Of a stretch of 64,000 bases of DNA, positions 36,856 through 50,091 are shown piece after piece (position 1 is the stretch's first letter; every line of letters starts with the position of its first letter). The notes under the pieces are model-generated. The model was not told the DNA's origin and searched no databases. It was given only the letters and a program-made list of their open reading frames with translations. The stretch is from NCBI RefSeq assembly GCF_001194135.2, contig NC_068983.1, positions 130,681,254-130,745,253 on the forward strand. Reading direction: 5' to 3'. Origin of the DNA: Octopus bimaculoides. Its lineage: Eukaryota. A program made the translations under genes and the position numbers.

Positions 36856-37616
36856 NNNNNNNNNNNNNNNNNNNNNNNNNNNNNNNNNNNNNNNNNNNNN
36901 NNNNNNNNNNNNNNNNNNNNNNNNNNNNNNNNNNNNNNNNNNNNNNNNNNNNNNNNNNNNNNNNNNNNNNNNNNNNNNNNNNNNNNNNNNNNNNNNNNNN
37001 NNNNNNNNNNNNNNNNNNNNNNNNNNNNNNNNNNNNNNNNNNNNNNNNNNNNNNNNNNNNNNNNNNNNNNNNNNNNNNNNNNNNNNNNNNNNNNNNNNNN
37101 NNNNNNNNNNNNNNNNNNNNNNNNNNNNNNNNNNNNNNNNNNNNNNNNNNNNNNNNNNNNNNNNNNNNNNNNNNNNNNNNNNNNNNNNNNNNNNNNNNNN
37201 NNNNNNNNNNNNNNNNNNNNNNNNNNNNNNNNNNNNNNNNNNNNNNNNNNNNNNNNNNNNNNNNNNNNNNNNNNNNNNNNNNNNNNNNNNNNNNNNNNNN
37301 NNNNNNNNNNNNNNNNNNNNNNNNNNNNNNNNNNNNNNNNNNNNNNNNNNNNNNNNNNNNNNNNNNNNNNNNNNNNNNNNNNNNNNNNNNNNNNNNNNNN
37401 NNNNNNNNNNNNNNNNNNNNNNNNNNNNNNNNNNNNNNNNNNNNNNNNNNNNNNNNNNNNNNNNNNNNNNNNNNNNNNNNNNNNNNNNNNNNNNNNNNNN
37501 NNNNNNNNNNNNNNNNNNNNNNNNNNNNNNNNNNNNNNCAACAGGGTTCGCTGCCTTAACCACTGGGCCATTGCGCCTCCACTCATACATATATACATAC
37601 ATAGTACATACATACA

Positions 37617-37870
37617 TTGTTGTTGGTACTCCGTCGCTTACGACGTCGAGGGTTCCAGTTGATCTGATTAACGTGCAAGTGGCTGAGCACTCCACAGACA
37701 CGTGCACCCTTAACGTAGTTCTCTGGGATATTCAGCGTGACACAGTGTGACAAGGCTGACCCTTTGAATTACAGGCACAAAAGAAACAGGAAGTAAGAGT
37801 GAGAGAAAGTTGTGGTGAAAGAGTACAACAGGGTTCGCTGCCTTAACCACTGGGCCATTGCGCCTCCACT
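37617..37870 (-). mobile_element. tRNA-derived SINE, internally deleted (family of 166-430)
   Basis: Head reverse complement gagtggaggcgcaatggcccagtggttaaggcagcg. Body ccctttgaattacagg matches tacctgtatttcaaag at ~300. Confidence 0.65.
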
Positions 37871-38329
37871 CATACATATATACATACATACATGCAATCA
37901 TACATACGACGCTTTGCCTCCAGGTTTAGTCTACAAAATTCGCTCACAAATCTTTTGTCACCCGGAATCTATCTTAGAAATCACTCACCAAAGGCGCAAT
38001 GTAGTAACATTGACTCTGAACCATGTGGTTGGCAAGCCATTTTCTCACAATCCAAGCACGCCTGCGCCTATGTATAGTACGCTTATATTTCCTATCTCAT
38101 AGGCCCTTGTGCTTTCATTTGTATGCTTTGTTTTGGGGTCTCTTTTATGATATTGAGACTTATTTCATCTGTCATTTTGTTTTTATAGAATTGTCGTTCT
38201 TTTCAAAAGCTAAAAATCAACGAATAATTGCCTTATTAGATGTTGAATTTCTCTTTCAATTCTGATTTTCCATTTTCGTTGGTTGTTGGCATGTTTGTTT
38301 TCTCTTTAGGCTAATTTATTCATTGAACT

Positions 38330-39290
38330 AATTTGCCGTTCAGCGTACAAGATTATTGAAGCATATTAAATAATTTCCATCCGCTCTCAGCATTTCTTTC
38401 GACACGGCATTATATATACACTTTAATCTTTTATGCGTTTTTATTATTGCTTCGGAATTTTAGCAGCTGTTCTCTGTTCTTCATTTCAGCGTATAGGGTT
38501 TTAATTTAATTTTATAACGGTATCTCCCTTAACTGTGGTGATTTCCTCCATACGTTCTTCAAAAGTAAAATATGATGTTTTATTATCTTCATTTGATGGA
38601 AAGTAAACGTCATTATCTTTTGTGCGTTCTTAGTTTCTGATCTTATTTACTCGCTCATATGTTTCATTTGCATTGATGCTAGGCATGGATTCTAGAGGTA
38701 TTCTAAAATTGTTTCAATTAGTAAGACTTTCTCATGCACTTTGGCAGTTTGCACCCTTATTAAATCTAGTTCTGCTTCTGTTACTGTTTCCTTTTTGTAT
38801 ATCCTTTTTGCATTATTTATTGGCATTTATATTTGGTCATGATTTTTGCTATTATCATTTCGATTTCGAGTTTCTCTGTTCAGGGGTACTACATGGTCGT
38901 CTATTCAACATTTTCATTGTTACCTTATTATTTTCTCGCGTCTAATGTTGCCTGATATTTTGATTTCTGGTACTATTTTGTGTTTAGTATCCAATAGCTA
39001 AACGCTGGAATTTTCCATCCAGAAATTCATAGTTTGCTGTCCAACTCTGAGGAACCATTGAGGGACGCATAACTTGCAAATAGGGCAACGGACAAGGTGC
39101 TACGAACAGGGAGATTTTTACATTGCTAAAATATATACTTGCTGGAATGGGAAATTGTTTGTCTTAACACACTAGGGGTTTGATTAAAGAATCTTTCAGA
39201 CGTCTGTCTGCCCTCATCTAGGGTGGTTATCTCGCGCTTGGGTCACACCAGTATATTAAACTTCGTAGCTAAAAGAGAAAATTGAAGTAA
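38330..39290 (-). mobile_element. Very old R4/Dong-like 5' region
   Basis: *TRENNKVTMK (cf. WTREENKVVME) and YKKETVTEAELDLIR (cf. WLSEAELE.IR). Begins next to an (ATC)/(TTA) tract. Confidence 0.4.
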
Positions 39291-39449
39291 GACAGATTAA
39301 TATTTGTAGCTTTGTACATTGTCATGTTTGCTTGAAGAGCATAGAAGGGATCTTCTAAGAAAATTTCCCACGTCAAAACACCAACATATTATTTTATGTC
39401 TTAGGTTTCTTGACACGTCAGGGCGGGGCGTTTTATTCATATCAACATT

Positions 39450-39502
<53 letters not shown>

Positions 39503-39584
39503 TATTGTTATTATTATTAAAAACATCAACAATAACAAGAACAACAATACTAATAATAATAACAATAATATCATTATTATTATT

Positions 39585-39785
39585 AAGGTAGTGAGCTGGC
39601 AGAATCGTTAGTGCGCCGGAAAAAGTGCTTTGCGACATTTTCACTTGTCTTTACGTCTTGGGTACAAATTCCGCCGACGTCCTTTTGGAGTCGATATATT
39701 AAGTGCCACTCAAGTACTTGGATCGATGTGATCTATTATTCCTCTCCTCACAAATTCTAGGCATTTTGCCTACTCTAGAAATGAT
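39585..39785 (+). mobile_element. OR-like SINE, decayed
   Basis: GAGCTGGCAGAATCGTTAG head and ...GGCATTTTGCCTACTCTAGAAATGAT tail. Confidence 0.65.
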
Positions 39786-39959
39786 TATCATTTTGGTTGT
39801 TACCATTAGAAAATAACAACAATTACAATATTATTGTTGTAACAACAGCAATATTATTATTGTTATAGTTATAATTATTATTGACTTTGGTAAATTGGAA
39901 ACATCATTTGTGCTTCTCCTTTCAGACATGTATCTCATAATATAGTTGTCTTCCAATGA

Positions 39960-40240
39960 ACCAATGATACACAACAATCACAATACAAGGCATTAGACAC
40001 GATGTTGTCCCACGAAATAAGTGGCGCGGTAAGGAAATGTAAGCTGTTGTCTTGAGGAATCAAAATGGATCTGGAAGTCTCAATGAGCCACAAAAGCCAG
40101 AGAGCGATGGAAGAACTGTGCTTAGTACAATGCATCGAGACAAATGCATTGATATAGATGATACCTTGAGGAAAATTTACGTCTGACCAAGACACACCAC
40201 AAAATCGAATTCCATGTTTCGAAGAAGTGGAAAAATGAAA
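39960..40240 (+). pseudogene. Possible mariner C-terminal relic
   Basis: DTMLSHEISGAVRKCKLLS*GI (cf. LKPAIRSKRRGLLSKGV) and GKFTSDQD (cf. GRKFxSDxE). Confidence 0.3.
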
Positions 40241-40894
40241 TAAAAATTAAGGTAAGTGTAAATTTTGAACTGCAACATTAACAAGAAAATGAATAAACAA
40301 GCGGGAGTTTTTATAGCACGAAAAATTAGTGGAGCAAAAGAATTTTTTTTTTAGAAACAACATCCTATACAGATTACAAAGCAACATCACAAAATCTGTA
40401 GTATCAGTTTCAAAAACATGCAATTGGAAAAAGAAAAGAAAAGAGCCGATAAAAAACTTCATACGAAACAAAGAAATCAAGTGAGGTGAGCCATTTCTTC
40501 TAAACAACAATACAATCCTCTCTGAAGAAAATAGCAAAGATACAGAGAAAAGAGATGAATCAAAATTCACCGGACATTGAAAATTCAAACAACTATTTCG
40601 TGAAATATATTATATGCTTGTAGTACCACGGATCATCCACCAAAACATTAAAAAAAATTATACACAGGCACTTAGTTTTTGATGTATAGCTTGTAACAAA
40701 AAAAAAAGAACTTTATTTCAAAATTAAATAAGAATAATCGAATTTAAATCTTGTTGACGTCAGCTTTGCCTTTTAATTGCTTTAGAATTGAGAAAATAAA
40801 GAACCAGTAAATCGGGGTCAATGTAACTAATTTAACCAATGCCGTCAACGTTGCTGGCCTTGTGCTATAATTTAAAAGAATCTTTCATCTTCTT

Positions 40895-40984
<90 letters not shown>

Positions 40985-41360
40985 TGGTTTGACTCAGGGT
41001 CGGTTTTATTCCTGGAATGAAATTTATGTGGGTAGTTGGTTACTACCATTCACCTTCGGTATCCACAACTTTTCGATAGTCTTTCAAATGCTTCGAAATC
41101 CCCTGCTCATCTTTGCTCTCCCAAAGACACAAACTTTCTGTAGAAGGTCTGCAGAGCGTTGTATTCCAATCTCCTCCATCCATTTATCTATGTACTTGCT
41201 TACTGTTCCCAATTCATCAATTATTAGAAGCACGACCTTTACATTTCTCATATTCAAAATTCTTCCTATTTCAAACTTTAAGGGATTTTATGTTTATGCT
41301 TTTCGTCCTCTTGCTTTTCTATCCTCGAATCAAACGAGCATGATGGGTTGATTAGCAAGC
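40985..41360 (-). mobile_element. R4/Dong 3'-terminal fragment
   Basis: LKFEIGRILNMRNVKVV..IDELGTVSKYIDKWMEEIGIQ...LLQKVCVL. The 3' end abuts (TTA)n/(TTC)n at 40887-40983. Confidence 0.75.
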
Positions 41361-41389
41361 AATCGATCCATCATGAGGGGTTGATTTAT

Positions 41390-41937
41390 TGTTATTATTG
41401 AGTGGTAGAGCAATGCATACCATCAAAGTGACACTGGAGTAAAATATATGAAACCCAGTTTATCCATCATGACTACCCGTCTAATAAAAGTACATCAGGC
41501 ACATGCGTCACAACCACCTGCGCGCAACATGCCGATCTCATATCAAGATAAACAGCGTATGACCTTGCAGGTGGGGCCCAGTTAGAACCTTCTTCAGGTC
41601 GAGTAGTCCAACTTTCTCAAAAGGTCCCTGAATAGGATTCATTTAAGGATGATGAATGAAACACCCATATTTTCGGAGATGAATTATTCAAGACTCAAAG
41701 AATTCCTCTCAACACTTGGCTATGATACACCCCCATTACGTCTACTCTTGGTCAGAGATGCACATATCAGCCACTAAGAGATATGTTCAATTGGTTAAGG
41801 TCAAACAACTGACAAGCACATCTGTGGTATTTGCTGCAGCTTATCTTTTGTACAAAGACAAAACATGTACATGATAACACTTCCAATCAGTTAAGGTCAG
41901 AAGGCATGACAGCCATTGCCTTGTACTGGCTGCCATT
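41390..41937 (-). mobile_element. ~550-bp non-coding dispersed element bounded by (TTA)n, candidate Dong-dependent non-autonomous element
   Basis: Non-coding, ~42% GC by eye, bounded by tta motifs on both sides. Family identity is recalled from octopus repeats and the strand is inferred. Confidence 0.5.
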
Positions 41938-41959
41938 ATTATTATTATTATTATTATTA

Positions 41960-42014
<55 letters not shown>

Positions 42015-42029
42015 CATTATTATTGAGGC

Positions 42030-42690
42030 ATTGAGCTAGCAGAATATTTAGCTTGCAATAAAAGACGCTTAGCAGTATTTGGTCTTTCGGAGTTGAAATT
42101 CCAACGTGATTGATGTTGCCTTTTATATTATCTATGTCGAAGAAATAATTACCAGTCAAATAATGGTGCCGATCAAATCGACTGGCTCACTCCCACACTT
42201 TCAGGCCTTGTGTCAATAATAGAAATGATTATCGTTATTGTTGCCATCATTAATAAAGCTGAGAAATGACACGCCGGGCAAAATTCTTTGGTCCTTTTGA
42301 GTTCAAATTCCACCGATGTCGACTTTGACTTTCATACTTTCGGGTCGCTGTAATCGCCTAGACCCCCTCCCACAAAATGTCATGCTTTACGCCTATAGAA
42401 CTAAGGACTACTACTACTACTACTACTACTGATGCTGTTGCTGCTACTTCCATCAGCACTGCTGCTGCTGCAGACACTACTAATACAACTACTGCTACTT
42501 CTATTATTATTACTGCTGCTTTACGGAATTTGATCTGATTCAAGGATCTGAGTTCCATTCCATCAAATTAAAATTATTTACGTTTCATTCTTTCAATGTC
42601 GAAAAATAATTACCTGTCAATTACTGGAGTTAAAAAGAAATGGACTACTTCCTACCGCCAGGTCTTGAGACTTGTGCCTAAAAACAATTA
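42030..42690 (+). mobile_element. Cluster of about three decayed OR-like SINE pieces separated by (CTA)/(CTG) tracts
   Basis: Repeated GAGTT(C/G)AAATTCC boxes and ggccttgtg / cttgtgcc tails. Confidence 0.55.
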
Positions 42691-44503
42691 TTATTTCGGG
42701 AGAGGAATTTAAAACTCATAATTTTCTACTGAAAAATAACTTCATATATATAGTTCCTTTATGTTTTCTCTTCAAATGTAGCTGTAACAGATTTCGTTAT
42801 ATAATAGATTTCAGTGTTGGATAAATTAAATAATCACACCGGCGTCAATGTAATCGAATCATTCTGAACATTAAAAGTTTCGAATTTTTCCCACAACATG
42901 TACAAGATTCCAGTTTTGTCAAACTTCCCTGTGTACGATCGACTTTGCCATACATGAATCTCTCGGGCTGTAGTTCATGGGTTGTTCTTTTGTTAGAATG
43001 ACATAACCCTTCCTTGCATACTAGAGTTTTTATAGGTTGCTTGAGCAACAGTAGGTGCTCCCTTGCCTTTTCACTTTCTTTAGCAGGGACTTGGAAACAT
43101 AAAAATAGCTGTTGCTATAATATATATTTTCCTTTTCTTTACCCTTACAATCAAATCTATTCATAAATGATTCATATATTTTCAGTTTGCACTTAGAAAT
43201 CTCGCATCATTAAATGCTGCAAGCTTTTCACCTGTTTTGAATCCTAACTTTCAAATAATCTCGCAGTGAATCAGTTACTATATTCTATTATATATTTTTT
43301 TAATTTTTCTTTCCTGTTGTTATATTCATACACTCAATGTTATAAATTGTTGTAAAATCTGACGCTCTCCTTAATACACATTAATTCGATTAGTCTGTAT
43401 TTCATCGTTCATGAAAAATACTTTTGTGTCTTCGCCCCAAGTTAACTCTTATTGATCGAACTCTCATCAAATTCCTACGAGTGAAGACCATCCTAACTTT
43501 ATTTTTCATATAGAAGAGAATGTAGAAATGACTACATTATTCGATGTAACACATTCAAGGTAAGAATCGAAGGATATTTGATAGTTATATCTAGCAAATC
43601 GAGTAACCACATCACAACTCCTTCCTTATTTCAGTCAGTTACATTAGTTGAGGCAATCGATTCATTACTGTTGAGGCAAATGAGAATATTCATTTAAATG
43701 GGTATAGACTTGAAGTAGAAGACAATATAACACCGTTAGTGTTAACTCTTCTTTCTTGGTATTACAAACACTTGCATGATTTAGTGAGGTATATTTGCTC
43801 ATTTGTGGTCACTAATATAATTCTGGTTTCTTCTACATTATTTTCTGTTACTCATAGATTTTTTGTGGAGATAACTTCTCATCAATCTGTGTAATCTGTG
43901 TGTTTGTTCTTCAAGTCTCTTTTGTTGTTTGGGGTATTGTCATGCCTACAATGTTGCTGCGGATGAGTATTTAATCAAATTTCTCAATGCAAACTTAACC
44001 AATTTTTCACGCCGATTAGTGTGCAGTTTTCTCTCTTCCTTCCCTCTGTCTTTTATGTTTTACTGTAATGCGTGATGTGACCTTGTGATTCAGGTATTTG
44101 GTTCATGACTGTCAGTTATATGCGGATTTCTGAACTGTGTGAGGTATCGTGTGTCTGTACCAGGCACATCATTTTCTGTTAATTCAGACCATCAAACTAA
44201 AGATGCACAGAGCCACTTGCAGCAACGTTAGCTGCAGATAAACTATGTTAGGGATGATGGACTGATATATTATACCTGAATTGGCTGCAGGGTTAGAAAT
44301 AGCGATACACCGACGCCCTTTTTATTGTTATATAACATTACCACGAGTTTGGGTGGCCCAGCAGTTCTCTATCTGAAGAATGATTGTTTTTAGCGATTGT
44401 TATTGTGTTTTGCACAAGAACACAATGCGTTAGCATCATAAACTTACGATTATGATGCTGACACCTTAGCCACTAATCAGCCACGCGACTTCACACATAC
44501 ACA

Positions 44504-44545
<42 letters not shown>

Positions 44546-44617
44546 CATACATACATACAAATATACATACATAAATANNNNNNNNNNNNNNNNNNNNNNN
44601 NNNNNNNNNNNNNNNNN

Positions 44618-44678
<61 letters not shown>

Positions 44679-44684
44679 CATACA

Positions 44685-44825
44685 TGATTACCAAATCCAA
44701 TAAAAAAGCTTTGGTCAGCCCGAGTCTATAGTGGAAATACTTGCCCAAGGTACCAAACAGTGGGACTGAACCCGGAACCATGTAGTTGGTAAGCAAGCTA
44801 CTTACCACACAGCCACTCCTGCGCC
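44685..44825 (-). mobile_element. OK-like tRNA-derived SINE head, well preserved
   Basis: Reverse complement GGCGCAGGAGTGGCTGTGTGGTAAGTAGCTTGCTTACCAACTACATGGTTCCGGGTTCAGTCCCAC. Confidence 0.85.
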
Positions 44826-44936
44826 TGTACGTTTGTCAGAAAATAACCATGGGACTCGAACACACATCCCACAGAACTCCGGCTGAGTGCTTCACCATTA
44901 AGCTAAACTGCTTATATGTATGTATGTGTGTGTGTG

Positions 44937-44968
<32 letters not shown>

Positions 44969-46260
44969 AATGTGTGTATGCTTTATAAGGTAGATTGGAT
45001 TTGGGACTCGTTTAGAGCATGATAGAGCTTAAAATAAGTTATCGAGGTAGCTAAGCCAAAAGATAGAATTTGCCAGTCAGTCAGCAGATGAGATTGCCTT
45101 TTAGCAGACATATTTTCTCGTAGCTTGTCGTCTTGACGAAGCTGCAATTCTACCTCATGAATGTCGCCGTCTGTTTGAATTCATCTGATAGTCATGCAAT
45201 ATATCCAATGGAATGACATCACTCAGTGGCGGCCATAAATGACTATGTACTTTAAACGTATCGTGGAAGAATCTTTAGCTCAACCATTATGAAAACTTCC
45301 AATAATTTTCACCTGTTGTTACTAACATGAAAAAAGGCATTCGAAAGACTAATTCGAAAGAATCTTTGCATGCTTAACATTTAATTGAAACGGGCCTGTT
45401 TCAGATGATTCTAGTGCAAAGAACCCGCTCTGAATACGAATGTTCAATTTTTCAATGTCTATGTATTGATGGGTTGCAGAAATATATCGAACGCATACCG
45501 TGCCGTCTCAGACAGATCAATCCACCGGCTGATTCGACTTGGATGATTTAACTCCAACCATGATATCGTTTGTAGCTGAGGTGGGAAAATTGACAGACGG
45601 ACAGAGAGAAGGAGAACTGGAGAGAAATGTGATGGCGAAGAGGAAGGGAATGAGGAGAGGATGGACATGTTGCGTAGGATATTAAGGTGGAAGGACATTA
45701 AAGTGGGGAGACAAGGACGTTTAGATGGAATTTGTGCTTCGTGGCTCTTTCTAAATGGATCGTCTAATTTAATTTCCTGTTATAAGACAGTTCTTTTCAT
45801 ATTCTATATAAACCGTTAACTTTTATGAAATTTAATTTCATAAAATAAGTTTCAAAAACGTTGAGGTTTTTATTTTCAAAAACGCCTCCTCTCCATTGCC
45901 AAAATACTGATTATTATTATTATTGTTATTATGATCCTTATTTCTAGTTTTAGAAATATTAATGAATGACTTTTAAAAAGAAAACAGTAGATAAATCTCA
46001 GAAAAATGCTCTAATAGTATTTTGTATTTTTATAATCAAGAACGTGTATACATTTATCATTATACATAATCTACAACAGCATTCATGCGAATATTGCATA
46101 TTATTCCAGTTCTAGTTATGACAAATTATAAATTTTGTTATTTGTATTATGAGCAACAAGCAGTCGTTAAAACAATTTATGATGCATTTATATTTGTGCG
46201 TGCGTGTGTGTTTGTATATGTGTGTGTCTGTGTTTGTGTGTACATACATATACACACATA

Positions 46261-46326
<66 letters not shown>

Positions 46327-46394
46327 CATCATCACCATTATCATTATCAATATTATATGAAAACTCACAGCTTATTTTGCTGGGTATCATGGAA

Positions 46395-47030
46395 AGTGTC
46401 AGCTGTCTACAGCCAGCAGACTAAAGTGATACTTGTTTGCTGGTTGTGCTTCAAGAACCTGTGAAGAATTCTTGCAGTTCCAAGCAATGCTGATTTTTGT
46501 AGATTTTCTACCTTCACACTTGCATCAATCTTTTTCAGCCATGTTGGTAGTTGAGTGCTGAAACTTCCAAGAGTATCAATTACTATTGGCATCACCCCTA
46601 TTCTCTTCATTGACCACAACCATTGTATTTCCCACTTCAAATCGTTATAGTTGTTTATTTTTATTTTTATTTTATATTAATTGTGTTGTCACCGGGGCAT
46701 GTTATGTCGATTATCATATATGCTCTTTCTTTTTTTATTCACTGCAATAACGTCCGATTTCCGATGTCAGCTCGGGTGATCGCACTGGATCATTGCATCC
46801 CACAGGATTTTGCAATTCTCATTTTCAGTGATGCCTTCTGGGGTTTTTTCATACCACGGCTTTGCCCTTTGTAGGCCGTGATCACCACATTCTCCCAAAG
46901 GATCAGTTTTGCCACATTGTCATGGCGTCTTTTGTGTTCGCGTTCTGCCAACTTAGGCCATTCGCTAACGACGTGCCATACCGTTTCACCCCTCTCATCG
47001 CACATTCTGCATTTGTCGCTATCGGTAGTG
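46395..47030 (-). mobile_element. R4/Dong C-terminal fragment (CCHC finger and RLE)
   Basis: DKCRMCDERGETVWHVVSEWPKLAEREHKRRHDNVAK and KWEIQWLWSMK...LQKSALLGTARIL. (TTA)n tracts on both sides. Confidence 0.85.
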
Positions 47031-47094
47031 TTATTATCGTTATTATTATTATTATCATCATCATCATCATTACTATTATTTTTACCATTAACAA

Positions 47095-47631
47095 CAGATA
47101 CGCACAATTGTTAAAACGTTGGAAATATTCTGACTCTTTGTTTGTGATCAAAAATTTCGATGATGTTAAATTTATTTTTCGATCTTTCAGAGTCGATAAC
47201 ATAAAGTTGTAGTAGAAGTTCGAGGAGAATGCTTTCACTTTTTCAGAAATTCCAAGTTTCGTGTCTATGCTAAATATGTGTACTCCACACTAATATATTC
47301 GAACTACTAATCTTTTCCTTTTTGATAAAGTCACACTTCGTCTACTGTACTCCACAAACTTCTCTTGGTGTCTGTCGTATTCGGTAATGTTTATAGACTT
47401 TGCAAACAGACCACTAATGAAATTCGCGGGCTAAAACTCATTCCAATGTCCATATTGGGGATCTTCTCCTTTATAATTCTTCAAGTATTAGTGACACAGC
47501 TAGTTCGTCATGCATCAACCAGAATATATATAGCTTGGCTTACACTGATTGCACTTGTAGCTCATATCCAACGTACAACGTTTACCATTTAACCAACACT
47601 ATTATTCGCTAGCACATTTTCCCGTAGTAGA
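47095..47631 (-). pseudogene. Cys-rich coding-like relic (furin-like/EGF-like spacing), unidentified
   Basis: One frame over 179 codons with 7 stops: GKCASE**CWLNGKRCTLDMSYKCNQCKPSYIYSG*CMTN*LCH*YLKNYKGEDPQYGHWNEF... Confidence 0.3.
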
Positions 47632-48327
47632 ACTCAATAATTTTACACCTAACAATTTTTGTGTGGCCGTATTTTTTTTTTTTTTTTCTTAATTGAAATC
47701 TCGCATATTCTGAACAACTCTAATATTAAGATCACTGAAGGGATTATCAAAGACCAACATATACATTCATTAATAAAGTCGTCTTTTTCTCCAGTGATGT
47801 CTTATGTTTAATATTTTTGATAGTTTAAAATACATATTCCTCTTCTCCACAAACAATATGCATTGCTGATTTTTCAGCCTACCTCACAGATTACGCCTTT
47901 GCTATATCCCTTCAGCCCTAAATTTTGGATGTTACTTTTTCCTGATATATTCATCATATCGAAGCTTTCAGTTAAGAATGTTAAACTAACAAATATATGA
48001 TCATAAACGTATAAGGTTTAAAACTTCTAATTTCCCCTAAATACTACCCAACGAAACAGTGAGATAGTGAATATGAATCAGTTATTCAATAACAAATGTA
48101 CGTGTAGTAGTTTGGCTAGTTAGTGTGAGTTCAAACGCTGGGTTAGTCAAACTATTCAGAGGAGTACATATATACACACAAATGCATGTTACGTTGTTGA
48201 GCTTCAATGATATAACAACAAGCAAATAACTAGCTGAAAACAGTATTTCGTAAATGTTCTCTTTACATATATACAAACGCATACCGCTCTCCTTTACATG
48301 AGTCTGCGTTATCTTCAAACTGGATGC

Positions 48328-48823
48328 GAAATATCAATATCTATCACTCCGGAATGCGCCCGGAGGTGAGTTATCTCATCTGCCATTGACTTTCAGATGT
48401 TTTAACACCCAGCATTATGAGGGAATCTTCCCCCAGTGCGACTTTGCAGCGAAAAGCCGAACAAGCAAAACATATACATTGAGTACGTGCGGTCGATTAT
48501 TTTTACAGGACTGGCGCTGCTTCTAATTTGTTATTGAAGACAATCTTGCGTATACATTGCCGTAGAATACCACCAAGTTGTTCTTACACTATTTCTGTAT
48601 AGGCATAGACTTGCGATTCGGTTCGTCGCCGGTTCGATTCAGGTACATGGTGTTGATAAACAACAAAAATGAAGAAATATTGGTATCTATCACACCTGGA
48701 TGGGATCGGAGGTAAATTGTCTTGCCGGTCTATGACTCTTTGGGTGCTTCTTTATGGAGGTGTCATCCCCCAAGCGCTATACCGCAGTGAACCAATGAAC
48801 AAACGAAACACATACATTGAATA
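48328..48823 (-). repeat. Two diverged ~150-bp direct repeats (48674-48823 and 48328-48485), period ~340 bp
   Basis: Shared blocks ta(t/c)tcaatgtat(g/a)tgttt and acctccg...gtgatagata..atatttc. Confidence 0.65.
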
Positions 48824-50059
48824 TGCTTGGTCATACACCGTAAACTAAGCTACATATTGGACTGGATATCGAAGGTGCATGTAACTGTTAAGTTCTGTGA
48901 TTAACTACGCCGCTACATGATGATGAAAAAGTGCCTTCTTACCGACTCATTTTAGCTCTGCAGGTTTCCAAATAAAACACTGGAGTAGAATAATATTACG
49001 TCATACCTCTCGAACATTTTGCGCTTTATTTTTCAGAAGTACTCAGCAAGTCGTCAACTCTGGTACGCTTTTCGGGCGTTACACAAAAAGTTTTACCAAA
49101 AATATTTATATCGTTTAACAAGAATCCAATGGCAGGAAAGAGAGACCAAGGGGCAAGCGGGGGAGGAGATGAGGAGTACGAGGATGAAGATGATGACGAT
49201 GACGATGACAGCAATGAGGACATTCTATGACAAATGAGCACCACAATGCAAAACAGCTTGTAACCAAAGCACAAGTGATAGATGTACGTCATCTTATACT
49301 ATTGTCGCACTTTTAAGGCAGTTTTTATTTTGGGATTCAGAGGAGTCAGAAAGCGCTAAAGCAAGTAGATATACAGAGTTAAGTTCATGCAAATTCGGAA
49401 AATACGAAAGATATTGGAAACCAAATGAAAGGAGAGACAAAAGATCACATTGACAGGCTATCAACCAGATCCAATGGTGTGAAGTACATGCAAGCTCACT
49501 AATTAGAATCAAGTAGACGAAACCGACTCACGCTATTTAAAATCAATATCAACCCCAATCTACAGAACCGCAGTGTACATAGGCTGTACATGTGCAAGAA
49601 CACGTGAATCTTTTAATGGTGGACAGAAAGCCACAATTTTATTTTGTAACGTAATATATCTCTTTTTTCCTCATTTACACGCACTTTACACATATACACA
49701 TAGTTATGTATGAGTGTGTGTATTTGAGTATACATGTAACTTTGTAAGTGAGGTATATATATATATATNNNNNNNNNNNNNNNNNNNNNNNNNNNNNNNN
49801 NNNNNNNNNNNNNNNNNNNNNNNNNNNNNNNNNNNNNNNNNNNNNNNNNNNNNNNNNNNNNNNNNNNNNNNNNNNNNNNNNNNNNNNNNNNNNNNNNNNN
49901 NNNNNNNNNNNNNNNNNNNNNNNNNNNNNNNNNNNNNNNNNNNNNNNNNNNNNNNNNNNNNNNNNNNNNNNNNNNNNNNNNNNNNNNNNNNNNNNNNNNN
50001 NNNNNNNNNNNNNNNNNNNNNNNNNNNNNNNNNNNNNNNNNNNNNNNNNNNNNNNNNNN

Positions 50060-50091
<32 letters not shown>

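Noticed and set aside
39926-40251. Apparent plus-strand exon with a strong acceptor (ctcctttcAG) and donors (GCG|GTAAGG, AAG|GTAAGT)
   Set aside because: All three frames close early and the content resembles a decayed mariner. A non-coding exon cannot be excluded.
43540-43610. Donor-like CAAG|GTAAGA site
   Set aside because: It lies in what looks like a decayed repeat head and no open upstream exon is evident.
47095-47631. Idea that the TAA/TAG stops reflect a ciliate-type genetic code (parasite contaminant)
   Set aside because: An in-frame TGA is also present and the segment is contiguous with host repeats.
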